Of a DNA stretch of 64,000 nt, positions 39,900-54,589 are shown in pieces. The stretch is from the NCBI GenBank assembly GCA_016618085.1, contig JABLTG010000014.1, positions 124,001 through 188,000 of the forward strand. The letters run 5' to 3'. The notes beneath the pieces are model-generated. The model was not told the DNA's origin, did not search any database, and saw only the letters and a list, made by a program, of their open reading frames with translations. The DNA is from Neovahlkampfia damariscottae (Eukaryota). A program made the translations under genes and the position numbers. The first letter of the stretch is position 1. The number at the start of each line of letters is the position of its first letter.

Positions 39900-42389
39900 A
39901 TGAGCAAAGCACAGAGCACAATTATTTTCTTTTTGTTTTTGATATACTTATGTAGTGCACAAGATATTTTGCCCAACAGTCTATATTATGGAAATATAGA
40001 TTTTAATACTTTCAATTTAACTAATATTACAAACAGTACAAAAGAATGTATTATTCAATGCCTCAACAATACTGTAAGAAAACTATTTGATTTAATTTTT
40101 TAGTCTACAGGATCAGAAACAGCTGCTGTATTTGGAATTGAAGAAATAGCAAAATTGGCTATGAGTTGTGTTTTGGTTGGATTGTCTGGAGTAAATAATA
40201 ATTGAATTCATTTTTATTTAGCTTTTTAGTGGATTAACATTGGGTTTACTTGGATTGGATACAGTTGCTCTTGAAGTATTATTTTCTTTATTTTAAACAA
40301 AATAGATTATATCTGAATCTGGTTCTCCAAATGAAAGAAAATATGCAAAAAGAATTTTACCATTAAGAGCTAGAGGTAATTTATTGTTATGTACATTGTT
40401 ACTTGGTAATGTTGCTGTGAACTCTGCTCTTTCAATTTTGACGTCTGAATTATCATCAGGTATATTTGGTTTTCTGATATCTACATCTGTAAGGCACTTA
40501 TTATAATTTATACAAATAATGATAGGTTATTACTGTAATAAGTTGAAAATATATTCTAACCATAATATTTATAGTTGTTTGGTGAAATTGTTCCACAAGC
40601 ATTTTGTAGTCGTTATGCTCTTTTTGTAGGTGCTCATACTACTTGGATTGTTTATGTTTTCTTAATTTTTATGTTTCCAATAGCATATCCTTTAAGTTTT
40701 TTGTTAGATAAAATTCTTGGAAAAGAAATTGGAACATTATATTCAAATGAAGAATTAATTAAATTAATTGAAATTACAGCTCAAAGTAAACAAGGTGAAT
40801 TACAAGACTTTCAAGCAAAGTATATCTTTTTTTTTATTTTAACTTCAAAATAGAATTTTAGGTGGAGCATTAACATTTGCTCAAAAAGTATGTTCATTTT
40901 AATATATATTAATATTATTAAAGACTGTTAATTTTATTATGACAAAGACACCTGATATTTATGCGCTAAATGAAAATCAAAAATTAGATGTTGAAACAAT
41001 GACACAAATTTGGCAAAGTGGAAGATCTCGTAAGTGAATTATATTATTATTAATGATATAAAAGGTATTCCTGTTTATAAAAAAGATATTAATGAAATTG
41101 TTGGTCTCATTTTTGCAAAGGATTTAATTTTAGTTAATCCTGAAGATGAATTACCATTATCAACAGGTTTGATAAAAGAAAATTAATATAAATGAAAGTA
41201 TTAACATTTTATGGAAGAGAAATTGTTAGAGTATTTCCAGATGCAAAATTAGAAGAAATTTTAAAAGTATTTAAAACAGGAAAATCACATTTAGCAGTTG
41301 TTCATGATGTTAGATATCCTGAAAATGGTGATCCTTTTTATGTAACTCTTGGAATTGTAACTTTAGGTAAATGATTTTTCATTTTTTTATTTTATCTTAG
41401 AGGATGTTATTGAAGAAATTTTAAAAGAAGAAATTGCAGATGAAACTGAAGTTATTGAAATTGATAATTTAACAAATCAACAAATTACAAAACAAAAAGC
41501 AGTTGGAGTTGGTATTTCACTTTTATCAAAAAAAACCAAAACTGAAAGATTAACACCACAACAAGCAGTTGCAGGTAAAAAGGATAAAATATTTATAAAT
41601 ATAATTTATTAGTTGGATCATTTTTATCAAAAACTTATGAAGAATTTAGAATATTACCAGATGATGCACTTCAAACATTATTAGGAAAATCACATGTTAT
41701 TTCTCTTAATTTTAGTTCAAAAGAAGATACTTTTATTTATCAAAGAAATATTGAAGCTAAATTTTTTATGTTAGTTTTGAATGGTAAAATTGAAATTGAT
41801 AGTGGTGAAGATCATTTCTTAACAGAAAAAGGATCATGTAAGCAAAAGAATATTTTAATAAAAAGGGACATCTATTGGAATTAAATCATTAAATAGAAAG
41901 AATTTTATACCTGATTACTCTTGTAGAATTTTAAATTCAGTTAAATATTTAAATATTTCAAAAGAAGATTATATTAATGTTATTCTTCATGAATATGAAA
42001 TTGATAAATCAACTTATATTCCAGAAAATTTAAAATGGATTTTAAATGAACATGGAACAATGAAATCAAATGTTATTCTTCCATCACCAAGAACAAATGA
42101 AAAAAAATCAGAAAAAAAATTAAAAGGAAATTCAAAATACTCAAAATTTGAAGAAGAAGAAGAACCAGGAATTGAATTGATGGATGTTGTAATTGAAAAA
42201 TCTGATGTTGAACAAAATGATTGTAGTGAAGAGAATATTAAAAAAGAAGAAATTCAAAAGAAAGAAGAAAATGAAAATATTGAACAAAGAGATAATATTG
42301 AACAAAATGATGAATCAGACAAAGTGGAAGAAATATCATCCAATATCATTGAAATTGAAACAATGAATGATAATCTTGAACAAGAATAA
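39900..42389 (+). CDS. CNNM/DUF21-CBS metal (Mg2+) transporter with C-terminal cNMP-like domain
   Basis: Signal peptide, LFSGLTLGLLGLD, LLCTLLLGNVAVNS, FGEIVPQA, SRIPVY, GKSHLAVV, LEDVIEEIL. Confidence 0.93.
40526..40534 (+). other. 9-nt micro-exon (GTTATTACT, Val-Ile-Thr) in the CNNM gene
   Basis: Flanked by AG and GT of two ordinary-sized introns; gives LISTS-VIT-LFGEIVPQ. Confidence 0.8.
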
Positions 42390-42522
42390 ACTTATATTTT
42401 TTGAAAAATAAAAGACTTCGGAATTCTTTAACTCCTCCAATCAAATAATTTTGAAAAAAAATGATTAAAGTTATTTCTATTGGAGGAGAAAGACCAATCG
42501 GAATCATTAATAATTTTGCACA

Positions 42523-43525
42523 ATGTTCAAACGTTTTGCATCAAAGATTTCAACAACAAAATTTAATTCTGTAAACAAATTTGTGAAGAGAAATAATTCA
42601 ACTTTCAGTAGTTCCTCTTCAAGTTCAAGTAAGAAATAAAAAAAAAAGAAAATTAACTAATAAATTCAAAGAAACAACTGCTTTGTTAGGAGCTGTAGGA
42701 TTAATAGGAGGTGGATTTTTATTATTAAATACTTTAAATAAACCTATTGTAGATACTTCTGGATATACTGGAAGTGAAGGAAGTACTATGATGAATGAAT
42801 ATGAAAGAGAAAGAAAACCAAATTCTATTCCAAAACATGTTCAAGAATATTTATTTAATACTTATAAATATGTTGCAAGTGGTTTAACAATTACTTCATT
42901 ATCTGCTTATTTTGGATATAAATCAGGTTTAGCAATGAAACTTATGCAAATGAATCCAATATTAAGTGGATTAGGTTTTCTTGCTTTATCTTTTGGTACA
43001 ATGGCATGGACAAGATCAGTTGATCCAAGAAATACAGTCGCAAAAAATATTGCATTTAGTTCATTTAATGCAGTTATAGGTTTATCACTTTGTGGTTTAG
43101 CATTTTTACATCCACAAATACTTTTAAGAGCAGGTATTTATACTGGTGGTATTGTTAGTGCATTATCATTCACAGCTATGAATGCAAAAGAAGATAGATT
43201 TCTTAGTTTAGGAGGTCCTTTAATGGTTGGATTGACAATTGTCTTTTTATCAGGTTTAACTACAATGTTTTTACCTGCTAGATTTGTAACAACATTAAGT
43301 ATAATGGAAAAACTCTGGCTCTATGGTGGTTTAGCTGTATTTAGTGGTCTTATGTTATATGATACTCAAAAATTAATGGCAAGAGCAAATTATAGATATC
43401 AAATTCAATCTCAATTACCACCTCCAGATTATGTTAATGAATCTATTGGAATTTATCTAAACATTATCAATATTTTTGTGAGAATGGTAATGATTTTATC
43501 AAATTCTTCAAATAAAAGAAAATAA
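42523..43525 (+). CDS. GHITM: Mitochondrial Bax-inhibitor-1 family protein (GHITM/MICS1)
   Basis: Presequence MFKRFASK, RAGIYTGGIVSALS, FLSLGGPL, LYGGLAVFSGLMLYDTQK, IYLNIINIFVRM. Confidence 0.92.
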
Positions 43526-43624
43526 AAAGTTTAGTGTGAATATTATTAAATTTTAATCTTCTAAAACTATTTCAAACCAATCATAAATTCACAACCCCGA
43601 AGAACAATTAACATACAACAAAAA

Positions 43625-44263
43625 ATGAACAAACATGGAAGTTTTGATGATTCAGAGGAATTATCAGGTTTATTTTATATGAAAGATGAGCATAACTCAA
43701 AGAAAACACTATTCAGTATTCCTTGTTGTTGTATCAGTAGTATAATCAGTTTTGGTTTATATTCCTTAATTTCTTGTTTTATCATTATATTTTTCATATT
43801 TTTGTCTATAATTTTGATATCAACAGGTATTTTACCTTGGAATTCAAACGTAAAATTTTATTTTATTCATTTAAAAGTATTGTGTTCATACCTATAGTGT
43901 AACTTCAAGTGAAATTATTACCAAACAATACATATTTAATAGATTTCATATTGGTATTCAACAAAGTCCATTTAGTAAATATTTTTTAATTTTTCATTTT
44001 TCTTTAAAGGTTTAATGTCATCAAACAATTTTACATTTGAAATAAATGGTACACACACAAGTAATATGTGGAAATTCATTGATGATATTTATATAAAGAT
44101 TACTAATGATTCTAATTCAATCATTTCACAATTAAAAAGTAAATCAAGAATTGGAAAAATGGATTTTGGACAAAATTGGAAGAATTTAAATCTATTAATT
44201 GATTATACAAATATAAATCAATTATCAGGATATCAGGATACATGGTTAGAAGGTTGTTATTAA
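43625..44263 (+). CDS. Membrane-anchored DUF1499-like protein
   Basis: Hydrophobic N-terminal segment; WKFIDDIYI...SKSRIGKMDFGQN resembles DUF1499 F.DD..S.SR.G.SD.G.N. Confidence 0.7.
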
Positions 44264-44280
44264 ATAAAGTATCCAAATAG

Positions 44281-44672
44281 TTAAACATTTATACCACTAT
44301 CTTTTAATGTTGGATAAATTCTGTTCAATTTTCCTCTTTCAATTCTTCTTTTTTCCACAAGTGTCAAACGATAAATGTGATTTTTTGTATTTTCTTTTGG
44401 TTTTGTAATTATTGTTCTTCTATTTACCATATGATGTAATACTTCTTTTAAATAAGTTTTACTTCTAAATCTTCCTGGATATTCCTTTCTAAAGAATTAA
44501 AATAAAAAAAGTCAAACGAAACATAAGCAAATATTTCATTTGCTGTTCCTTTTTCAATTTTTAGAAATGTGAATGTCAAAAGAGCAGTTGGAGAAAATTC
44601 GGAGTGAATAGAATTAAATCTTTTTTGTTGATGAAAAACTGTTGAAACTGATGATGTTAATTTTTTGAACAT
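44281..44672 (-). CDS. Small basic protein with mitochondrial-type presequence, 2 exons
   Basis: MFKKLTSSVS...KRFNS...YVS|KEYPGRFRSKTYLKEVL...SGINV*; CCAAT box 4 nt from the ATG. Confidence 0.7.
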
Positions 44673-44801
44673 AATGATTGGTTTATTAGTTCAAAGAGAA
44701 TAATTTAAAATATAATTTAAAAATATTTAAAAAATTTAAAAAAAAAAGATAAAATTTGTACATAAAATATTTGATGATTTAATTAATTTCATTGGACAAC
44801 C

Positions 44802-46296
44802 ATGAAAATAAAAAACATTTCACGTGATGATGAAGAGCACACCAGAGAAACTTCTAGAGATCATTATAAACAATTCTTTAGTAAAGATCCAACTATTCAT
44901 ACATTTGAAAAACCAAGAGAATATATTAGAGCATATAACTCTGTAAAAATGAATAAAATATTTGCCAAACCATTTGTAGGAGCACTTGATGGACATAGTG
45001 ATACACCAACATGTAATTAATAATAATAAATAATATATAAATTTCAATAGGTTTAGGAATTCATCCACATAGTTTAATGCACTTAGTAAGTGGTAGTGCA
45101 AATGGAGAAATAAAAATATGGGATTTAAATCATAAAAGAGTATTATGGGGTATACAAAATGCACATAATGGAATTACTTCTGGAATTATAATTGATCCAA
45201 CTTCAAAAGATGTTTCTAAAGGATATTTTTATAGTTGTTCTGCTTCTGATAAAACTTTAAAAAAATGGAAATTAAATATAAATGAAATAGAAGGTGGTAA
45301 AGAATCAAAAACACCAATACAAACACATACATCAAAATATGGTTTATATTGTTTAGATCATCATTTTAAAGAATCTTCTTTGGTTACAGGTGGTGAAAAT
45401 TTAGATATTTGGGATTCAAATAGAATGATAATTAAACAAAGTTATGAATCAACTAATGATTCAATTCAATCTGTTAAATATAATCAAGTTGAAAAATCAT
45501 TAATTGGATATACGTCAAAAGATAAAGGTGTTCATATTTTTGATGAAAGATCAGGTATGAATGTAAAATCATTTCAAATGAAAAGAAAAAGTAATTCAAT
45601 TTCATGGAATCCAATGAAACCAAATTATTTTACTATTGGTAAATCAGTTATATCAATTATTAATAATAATAATATAGCAAATGAAGATATGAATTGTTAT
45701 ACATTTGATATGAGAATATTAGAAAAAGGACCAACTATAATGCATACAGGTCATTTAAATGCTGTTTTATCAGTAGATTATAGTCCATCAGGATTAGAAT
45801 TTGTATCTGGATCATATGATAAAACTATTAGAATATTTTCTGCAACATCATCAAATTATACAAGTAGAGATGTTTATCATACAAAAAGAATGCAAAGAGT
45901 ATTTGCTGTTAAATTTTCATTAGATTCAAAATTTGTATTAAGTAGTAGTGATGATTATATTATTCGTATTGTAAGATTAAATATATTTTATTTATCTCTG
46001 AAAAGTGGAAAGCCAAAGCATCTGAACCAATTAGACATATGACAAGAGATGAAAAAGAAAAATTAAATTATAATGAAAATTTAATTGAAAGATATTCTTC
46101 TTTACCTCAAATTAAAAGAATAAATAGATTTCAACATTTACCAAAGAAGTTATATCAAGATAAAAAGAAATATCAAGAAGAAAGAGAAGGATTTGAAAGA
46201 AGAGAAGATAAAGATGTTAGATATAGAAAAAAGAAAGGAACTAAAATTGAAAAACCAAATGCAATGAAAAAGAATTTTAAATCTGTTGAATATTAA
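44802..46296 (+). CDS. DCAF13: SOF1/DCAF13 rRNA-processing WD40 protein
   Basis: MKIKNISR, KPREYIRA, FAKPFVGALDGH, SRDVYHTKRMQRV, RHLPK-like C-terminus. Confidence 0.96.
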
Positions 46297-46682
46297 ACTT
46301 TAATTGTAATTATATTTTCTTTATCTTTTCCAAGTTGTTTAACATCATTTAAACATAATGTATCAGCTACTTGTTTTTCTCCAACAAATACTTTTTGTTC
46401 ACAAAATGGTATCTTTAAAATTATTATTTATTTTTGATTTACTGAATATTTCTTTTCAACATATACTTTTATATCTTGAAATTCTTTAGTACTTGCCATT
46501 ACAAGTTCTTCTTTTTCATCTTTAACTATTAAAGTAAGTTTAAACTCTTCTCCTTCAAAAATTTCTTCTTCTTGTTTTTGTACTCTATCAAGATTACCAA
46601 GTTTTCCAAGTGATGAAATTCCTTTTGGAGCTTGTTTGAATTGTGTTGGTGTGTCAAGCATGTCATCAATTTCTTCAGACAT
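46293..46682 (-). CDS. Small protein with a probable ubiquitin-like fold, no C-terminal GG
   Basis: Two exons: ...FQDIKVYVEKKYS|IPFCEQKVFVGEKQVADTLCLND...TIKV*. Confidence 0.65.
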
Positions 46683-46848
46683 TTTTTTTTTTCGGTTTAA
46701 AATGAACCAATGAAATCATTGATTGATGATAAATCTTAAGTTTCATTTTCTGAGTTTGTTGATCATGAATTTTATTGAAGGAAAACAATTGATTTTTTCA
46801 ATCAAAGAACTTTAATATCATTCCAATTTCCGTTATCCAATCAGAAGC

Positions 46849-48234
46849 ATGTTTGGCATTGTAGCTGAATCTGTTTCTTCATTTTATTCTTGGGTCACTG
46901 CAAAGAAAGAAAAACGTCTAAAATCACCAAAATATAAATATACACCAAAACAAAAACCTATGTCGGTAATGAAACCGAGTAAAACAAAACAGAATAATGT
47001 ACCATCTTATGTAAATCTAATTTTCTTTAGTTCATTGGAACAGAGATAAAAATTTCAAGTAATATACCAACTAAACGAGATATAGGAGATGATTTCAGAA
47101 TTAAAGGTTCATTTTCTTCTAAAAAGAAACCAATAGCTTTGAATTTTGAAGATGAAATATTTTTTCAAGATAATATGCATAAAACCAAAAAGAGAGAGAG
47201 TAATGATTTTATGAACACAAAATACCTTTCAAGGCCAAATTATAATCAAAAAAGTGATGAAGATGATGAAGAAATGGATTTATTAAATCAAAAACTTAAA
47301 GAAAGTTGTACCATTGATATTTTGAGAGAAAGGACAAAAATGTACACATTAATTCATGGAACTGTAAGAAAAAATTATTTTTAAATTCAAGTCTGATGAA
47401 TTTAATTTTCAAGTTTCTTGTGAAGTTTTAGAGGATATTCTTCAAGAAATTACAAATGAAATCATTGAAAAAGAAATATGTGAAGATATATTTTCAATAA
47501 TATATGATGAAATACTCAAAGATATATTTTTAGAAGAAAAAGAGTTTAAAGAGATTTCTGAAAATGAAGAAGATATAATTAATTCAATATTATATAAAAA
47601 AAATAGAAAAGAAATAATAGTTAGTGGATTTAATGTAGATTTAACATGTGATGATGTTTCTTGTTTAAAAAATGGAAATTGGCTGAATGATGAAGTTATT
47701 AATTTTATTATGAATTTAATAATGGAAAGATCAAAAAAATCAAAAATATTACCAAAAGTTCATTGTTTTAATACATTTTTTTATGCTAAATTAACACAAA
47801 GAGGAGAATATAAATATGATAATGTTAAAAGATGGACAAGAAAAATAGATTTATTTTCATTGGATAAAATTATAATACCTATTCATTTAGGTGTTCATTG
47901 GACATTAGCTGTTATAAATATTAGAGATAAAAGATTTGAATATTATGATTCACTTGATGGATGTCATAAATATATATTGAATGATTTAAAAAAATATTTA
48001 AAAGATGAACATTTAGATAAAAAGAAAAAAGAAATTGATTTATCAAATTGGAAATATTATATTCCATCGAGAAAAGAAATACCACAACAATTAAATGGTT
48101 TTGATTGTGGTATGTTTTGTTGCACTTTTGCAAATTTTACAAGTCAAGATTATGATTTTCAATTTTCACAAAAAAATATGAAATATTTGAGGAATAGAAC
48201 ATTATTAAATATAATATCAAAAAATTTAAAATAA
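46849..48234 (+). CDS. SUMO protease (Ulp1/SENP, peptidase C48)
   Basis: WLNDEVINF, FNTFFY, PIHLGVHWTL, YYDSL, PQQLNGFDCG. Confidence 0.95.
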
Positions 48235-48255
48235 AATATTTTTGAAAATCAATAT

Positions 48256-49494
48256 TTATTGTAATACTTGTTGTTGAAAGAATGGAAATGTATCTGCTAC
48301 ATGAGATAATATAATTCTAATTTTCTCTTCAATTTTATTTTCCTTTTCATATTTTATTGATTTCAATTTACATCTAATTATTGAATTAGATTTTTTATCT
48401 GAATATTGTGTACTTTGTATTTGTACTATTGGACATTCATTTGGATATTTATCAAATGTTACTATTAAAAAGTTTAGATGTTATATTTATTTTACAAAAT
48501 AAAATAAAATAAAAATCATCTTGATTAAATAAATAAGAAACAGTATTAAAATTAATTCTATCATAATCTAATGGTAATATACCAAGTGTTAATGATAATT
48601 GATTTATAAATTCTTTTTTTAAATCAAAAGTTAAGAAATGTTTGTTAATTTCTTCATTTATTTTTTCTTCAAGAATAGATACATAATCTAGTGTACAAAA
48701 TAAATAATCAAAATATAATACCTAATAAATAAGAATCACTTCTCCAATTTGGTAAATATTTAAAATAATCTTTAATTGAATTTGGTATTATAATTTCATA
48801 TTCTAAAACCTAAAAATAAGATTTAAATAAATAAATTATTTTATACTTCATTCTTTTCATTAAATGAAATATAAAAATAACAATTTAAATCTTGTTTCTT
48901 TTTAATATTTAAATTTTGTGTATTTAATTTATTTTTTTCTTTTAAAAATAAATCTAAATTTTTAATTTTTAAAGGTATTTTTATTTTAATTTCTTCTTGT
49001 TGATCTATTGTTATTTTTATAAAATATTCAACATTTAATATATCTAATAATGTATTAAAATGAAATTGAATAGTTTCATTTTGATGATTGGATACTAATA
49101 ATTTATTAAATTCAATAAATTCATTTTTAATTTCAATTATACATTTAGTTAAACTTGATGATTCTAAATAATTATATTCTTTAAAACTTTTTAATTTTCT
49201 TAAATCAATAAAATTAAAAGGTAAAATAATATCAGGTGGATATGTTTCATGTAAAGATGAATAGATAATATTAAACGGTATTATACTTTGACAAAATGGA
49301 AAGTTTAAAATGAATCTAAATATAGAATTTAAATATTTTTAAAATTACCGATCTCCAAATTGATTTTTAGAATTAGATTTTTCAATTTGTATTATATTTA
49401 ATTTTTCAGATACATTCAAATTTAAATGATTTAGTTGTGTTAAAATAAATGGTTCTAATTTAGTTTGATTTTGTAGTTGATTTAATTGTGACAT
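48256..49494 (-). CDS. BABAM2: BRE/BRCC45 (BRISC and BRCA1-A complex member 2)-like
   Basis: DRFILNFPF...IIY..HETYPPDII, LPNW..SYLL|DYV, DKYPNECP. Confidence 0.7.
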
Positions 49495-49595
49495 TGAATG
49501 GGTTGGGTTATTTGACTTTGGGTTTGTTGGATTAGTTTTGAGTTGGTTTTGTTTTTTTGTTGGTTTGAGTATGTTGACCAATCAAAAAATAAATT

Positions 49596-51509
49596 TTATT
49601 TTTTATTTGATTTTAATTGATTCATTAAAGATTGATTTTCTTTTTTCATTGAATTTAAATCAAATACTAATCTTTCTAAGTTTAATGAATCATTTCTTGA
49701 ATTTAAATGATCCATTGAAGTTTCAAGATCTCTAATTTCATTATTCATTTCACCACCATCTCTTACTAATTTAATTAAAGATGAGAAACCTTCTCTCATT
49801 TGAACAATATTTTGATATAATGTTTTTGCATATTCTTCTTTTTGAGCTTCTTGATAAATAACTTCTTCAACTTTTTGAAATGTTTCAATTAATTTCTTTG
49901 ATAATTCATTTGATTCATTTGATATTAAATGATTATCTAATAGAATTTTATTAATTTCTAATTTTTGTTTGTCAACATTTTTATTAATATCCATAATTCT
50001 ATTAAATTAACCAATTAAAAAATACTTTAAATTTACCTATCAACATAATTCTTTCTTTCAACATTTTTTGGTAATTGTTGAAAATCAACTTTTAATTTAT
50101 TTAATAAATCTTCTTTTTGTTTAATATCTGTTACATTTTCTTCTAATAATTTTCTATTCTTTTTAACAGATTCTAATTTCTTTGAATAATCATCTTTTAA
50201 ATTTTTTTGATCATTTTTTAATTTTCTAATTTTTTGAATTAAAGGTACTCTATGTTGTTCCCATTCTTTTGCTAATTCAATTAAATGTTCACCTGATGAT
50301 GATGTAATATTTTTCATTTTTTTAATATTTTCATCTTTATTTTCTAATAATTTTTGTGTTGTTCCAATAATTTTTAATGATTTTTCAAAATTAATCTTTT
50401 TTTCTTTTTCTTTTTCTAATACTTCACTCATTTGTTTCATATTTAAATTTAATTTTAATATTGTATTTTCAATATTTTTTGTTGCTTTTTTTAATTTTTC
50501 AATTGATTTATTTAAATTTTCCATTTCTTCAATTCTTTTTTTTTCTTGTTCTTCTTTATTTAACTTTTCATCACTATTACCATTACCACTACTTAATGTA
50601 GTACCATCACCAATATTTGATGATTCTTCAGTTTCAAATTTTTTACGTAAATTAAAACCACTTTCATTTAATATTCCAATATCATTATCATCATTATGAT
50701 TCATAGTATTACCTTCTTTTAAAACATTTTTAATTTCAATTTTTGTATTTCTTGATATTCTTAATGCATCTTTTAAATAATTTAAATTTTCATTTTTTTC
50801 ATTTTTTAATTCTTGTTGATTTAATTCTTGTTTAACTAATTTAATTTCATTATCTTCAAAAATACTACATGTTTTTAAATAAATATTAATTTTACCTTGA
50901 AAATAAATTATTTTTATATTTTTCTTGATTTGAAATTAATCTTTCTTGTGCATTTGAAGATGAAATAAATGTTGTTTTCATTTTATTTAAATTTATATAA
51001 TAATTATTAACATTAGTTCTTTGAATCCATGTTGATTTAACTAATTCATTTAATTTTTCATTCATTCTTTCTTCTGTGGTCATCTTTTCAAAATATTTAT
51101 TTTCATCTCCAACTTGTTCTTTTTCATTCACTTTTTGTGTTTTTTCTAAAAGAAAACTAAATACTTCTCTTGAATCATTTTCATTTGGATAAAGAAAAAA
51201 ATCAAAATTAATTTCTTTTCTAAAGCCAATAGATTTGATTAAAGACACAACTTCATTACCTTTAATTTTTTAGTTTTATTTTTAAATTTTTTTACAAATT
51301 TTAAAGGTTTGTGCCATTTCTTTAACTGGTAATTTTGGTGGAACATCAACTAATTTCTCTTCGTCAAATATAATCTTTAAAAATTCATAAACAGAGCGAT
51401 ACAATAAGTTTTTATCAAAATCTTGAAATGTTTCAACTGAAGAATCAACTTCAATACCCCAAATTTTTAATTGATCAATTAAAATTGCATCTACTTCTGC
51501 TGCTGACAT
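49596..51509 (-). CDS. CCDC22: CCDC22 (CCC/Commander complex)
   Basis: EVDAILIDQL, GFRKEINFDFFLYPNE..REVFSFLLEK, LAKEWEQHRVPL, YVDRIMDINKNVDKQK. Confidence 0.93.
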
Positions 51510-51653
51510 GTTTTAGTTGTGTTAAAAAATAAACCACAATGATTGGTAATTGAGATTGAACCAATAAAACAGAGTTTAAATGAATGGAAAATAAATTTAT
51601 TTTTTTTTTTGAAACTCATCTTATTGAATTCCAAAATGATTAAGATATTTTGA

Positions 51654-54589
51654 TCAAATTGAATATCTTCTTTCTCTTACAACTAAATTTCTTGTGAATA
51701 TATAAATGAAATAAGATAAACCAATAAACATTAATAAACTTGGTATTAATATTTTACCAGATGGAAGTTTAACTTTAAAAGTTGAAACTAATTTTCTACC
51801 AATAAAAAATGAATCATTTTGAATTGGTAATGAATTCGCATTTAATAATTCATTTTTGTTCACTAAAGATATTTCAAGTAAAGGTGAATTTTCAATTCTT
51901 TCTGGTAATTCTGAATCTTTAAATATAAATTCATCTTCTTTTAATATTTTATAATTTGTATTTTTAAAATCTTCATTAATAATACCCTTGGATGTAAATT
52001 CTAATAATCTTTCTAAAAAATAAAAATTTGAATCAATATTTTCATTTTGTGGATTTGATTCAAATGGATTGGAATCACAAAATATTGATATTCTACCTTT
52101 ACCAAATTTTGAAAAACCAATCAATGGAACTATTTCTTTTAAATCTAAATTTGAAAGTAATTTTGATGTTTTATCTTGTAATTCAAATGATACAATCATA
52201 CCACCTTTTGGAAATCTAATTATACTTGTACTTGATTGTATTTTTAATTTATTATTTTTTATTTCAATTTCACCATCATATATTTTATTACCAAATGAAA
52301 TACCAAATGGTGATAATAATCCATCTAAAAATAGATTAATATTCATTTTATTATTACTTAATGCAGGTAAATTTGAACCACCTGTTAATGGAAACCATAC
52401 TTTATGTGTATTATCATCAAAAAATTTAATTTTTTTTAATATATATCTATTATACCATTGACCAATTATAATTAAAGATAAACCATTTTTTGATACATCT
52501 TCATATAATTTATTTCTTTCATTTTTTGTATATTCTTCTTCTAAATCCATCATTAATAAAGTACCATAATTATTTGAATTAAATTTAATTAAATTTTGAT
52601 TTAAAATTTCAATAAAATAACCTTTTCTCCTTAAATAATTATACATTTCACGATAATTAGTATAAATATGATCACCATTCCAATCAAGTATATCTTTTTG
52701 ATTATTTAAATTATCTCTTGGTATAAATCCAATCTATATTTAATAATTAATCACACATATGTCTATCTTACAGGATATTGTATATTATGATATTGATCAA
52801 ATAATATTCTATGTCTTCTTAAAGGTGTTTTAATTAATTCTATTTTTAATGGTATTTTTAAAATAGTATTTAATTCATCATTAAATTCAATTATTCCTTC
52901 AACTATTCCATTAAAGAAATTACCATTTTTATTAACTAAAATATCAATTGAAATATGTCCTGAAAATGGCCATAAAATAATTTCATTTTCTAAAATATTA
53001 ATATTTAACATATTTCCATTTTTAGTTCCAATAAATTTTGGTATTTTTAATTTTTTATAAACTTGATCTAAGAAAATACTCTTTTAAATAAAGAAATATT
53101 ACTATATCCATTAATTAATGTAATCTAAATTATTTAAGATTTATATTTATTTTTACATTTAATTTTAATGGTATTCCAGTATAATAAATTGGTTGTGAAC
53201 AATATGGCCACATATATTTACATCCATCATAATAATTTGTTAAATCTAATTGTTTTGGATAACTTGATAATTTTGGTTTATAATTTTTTAATATTTCATA
53301 TGCTTTTAATAAATTAAATTTACCAGAACCTTGTTCAAATATAGATGGATATCTTAATTTATCAGATGAATCATGTAATATTTGTTTAATCATTCCAATA
53401 TTAATTTCTTTTCTTTTTTCTTCATTTAATGAACTTAATATTAATGCAATACCACCAGTTATAACAGGACATGAAACTGAAGTACCACTTAATATTGATA
53501 TTTGATTATGAATACCAATACCTCTTATTCTATTACCATAGGTAACAATATCAGGTTTTACTCTTCCACTTCCAAATCTTAATTCTTTAGTAGTTATACC
53601 TCTTGATGAATACTTTGGTATAGAATCAAATTCATCTTTTTTTTTAATAAATAATAAACTAACCTATTGAACCAACACCAATAACATCACTTAAATCACC
53701 TGGATTCATTAATGTACCCCATTTTGGACCATCATTTCCAATTGCAGAAATAATAATAATATGATTTGAACTTAATTCCCATATTTTTTCAATAAAAGGT
53801 ATATCCATTGTATCAGGACCACCAATAGATAAATTTAATATATTTATTCCACTTAATAATGCATAATTAAATGCATCTAAAAACCAACTTGTATAAGATA
53901 CTTGTGATGATGTAAATACTTTAAATGAATATATTTTTGAATCAGGTGAAAAACCTTTTGGTTCTTTTTTACTTGAAATAATACCTGTAACAAATGTACC
54001 ATGTCCTAAATTATCATTTGAATCTTTTTCATTTGTAAAATTAATAACTTCTTCAATATTATTAAATGCATCATTATTTTTATTTAAACCAGTATCAAAT
54101 ACTCCTATTTTAATACCTTTTCCTGTAATACCTCTATCCCATAATTTTTTAGCTTGTAATTTATCTGTAACATCTTGATTCATTAATATTCTTCTTTTAT
54201 AATCACTCTCTTCTTTTAAACTAAATTTACTATTTATTCTTTCAAATTCTAATATATTTCTAAAATTTAATTGATTATCTTCAATTATTTTTTTTATTTT
54301 TTTATTTTTTTTTAAAATATTTATCATAGTTTCATTTTTAAAATTTACAATAATAAAGTCACTTTAAGTTTGTATTTATTTTTTATTACCTTGGATATTT
54401 TAAAATAGATTTATTATTTCTATTTCTAATAAAATATTCATATTCTTTTATTCTTTCTTCTTTACAAATATTCTTTAAATATTCAAAATGATCTTTTGAC
54501 CAAATATATTCATTTAAAATTACAAGGTATTCTTTTTGTATGGATAAAAATATAAAATTAAATAAAATTAAAATGAAAAGTTGTTTCAT
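51654..54589 (-). CDS. MBTPS1: Site-1 protease (subtilisin-like MBTPS1/SKI-1)
   Basis: Catalytic FDTG, LGHGT, LSGTSV; SYTSWFLDAFNY, CKYMWPYCSQP; signal peptide and C-terminal TM. Confidence 0.95.

Noticed and set aside
47011..47030. Possible 20-nt intron in the SENP gene
   Set aside because: An upstream donor (GTACCA) gives a normal 32-nt intron in the same phase
49499..49526. Telomere-like GGGTT/GGGTTT units (also near 54605)
   Set aside because: Only two or three imperfect copies; they are AC-rich leaders of minus-strand genes
53040..53105. Possible non-canonical GT-AA intron in S1P
   Set aside because: A canonical 35-nt GT-AG intron restores the frame with similar spacing
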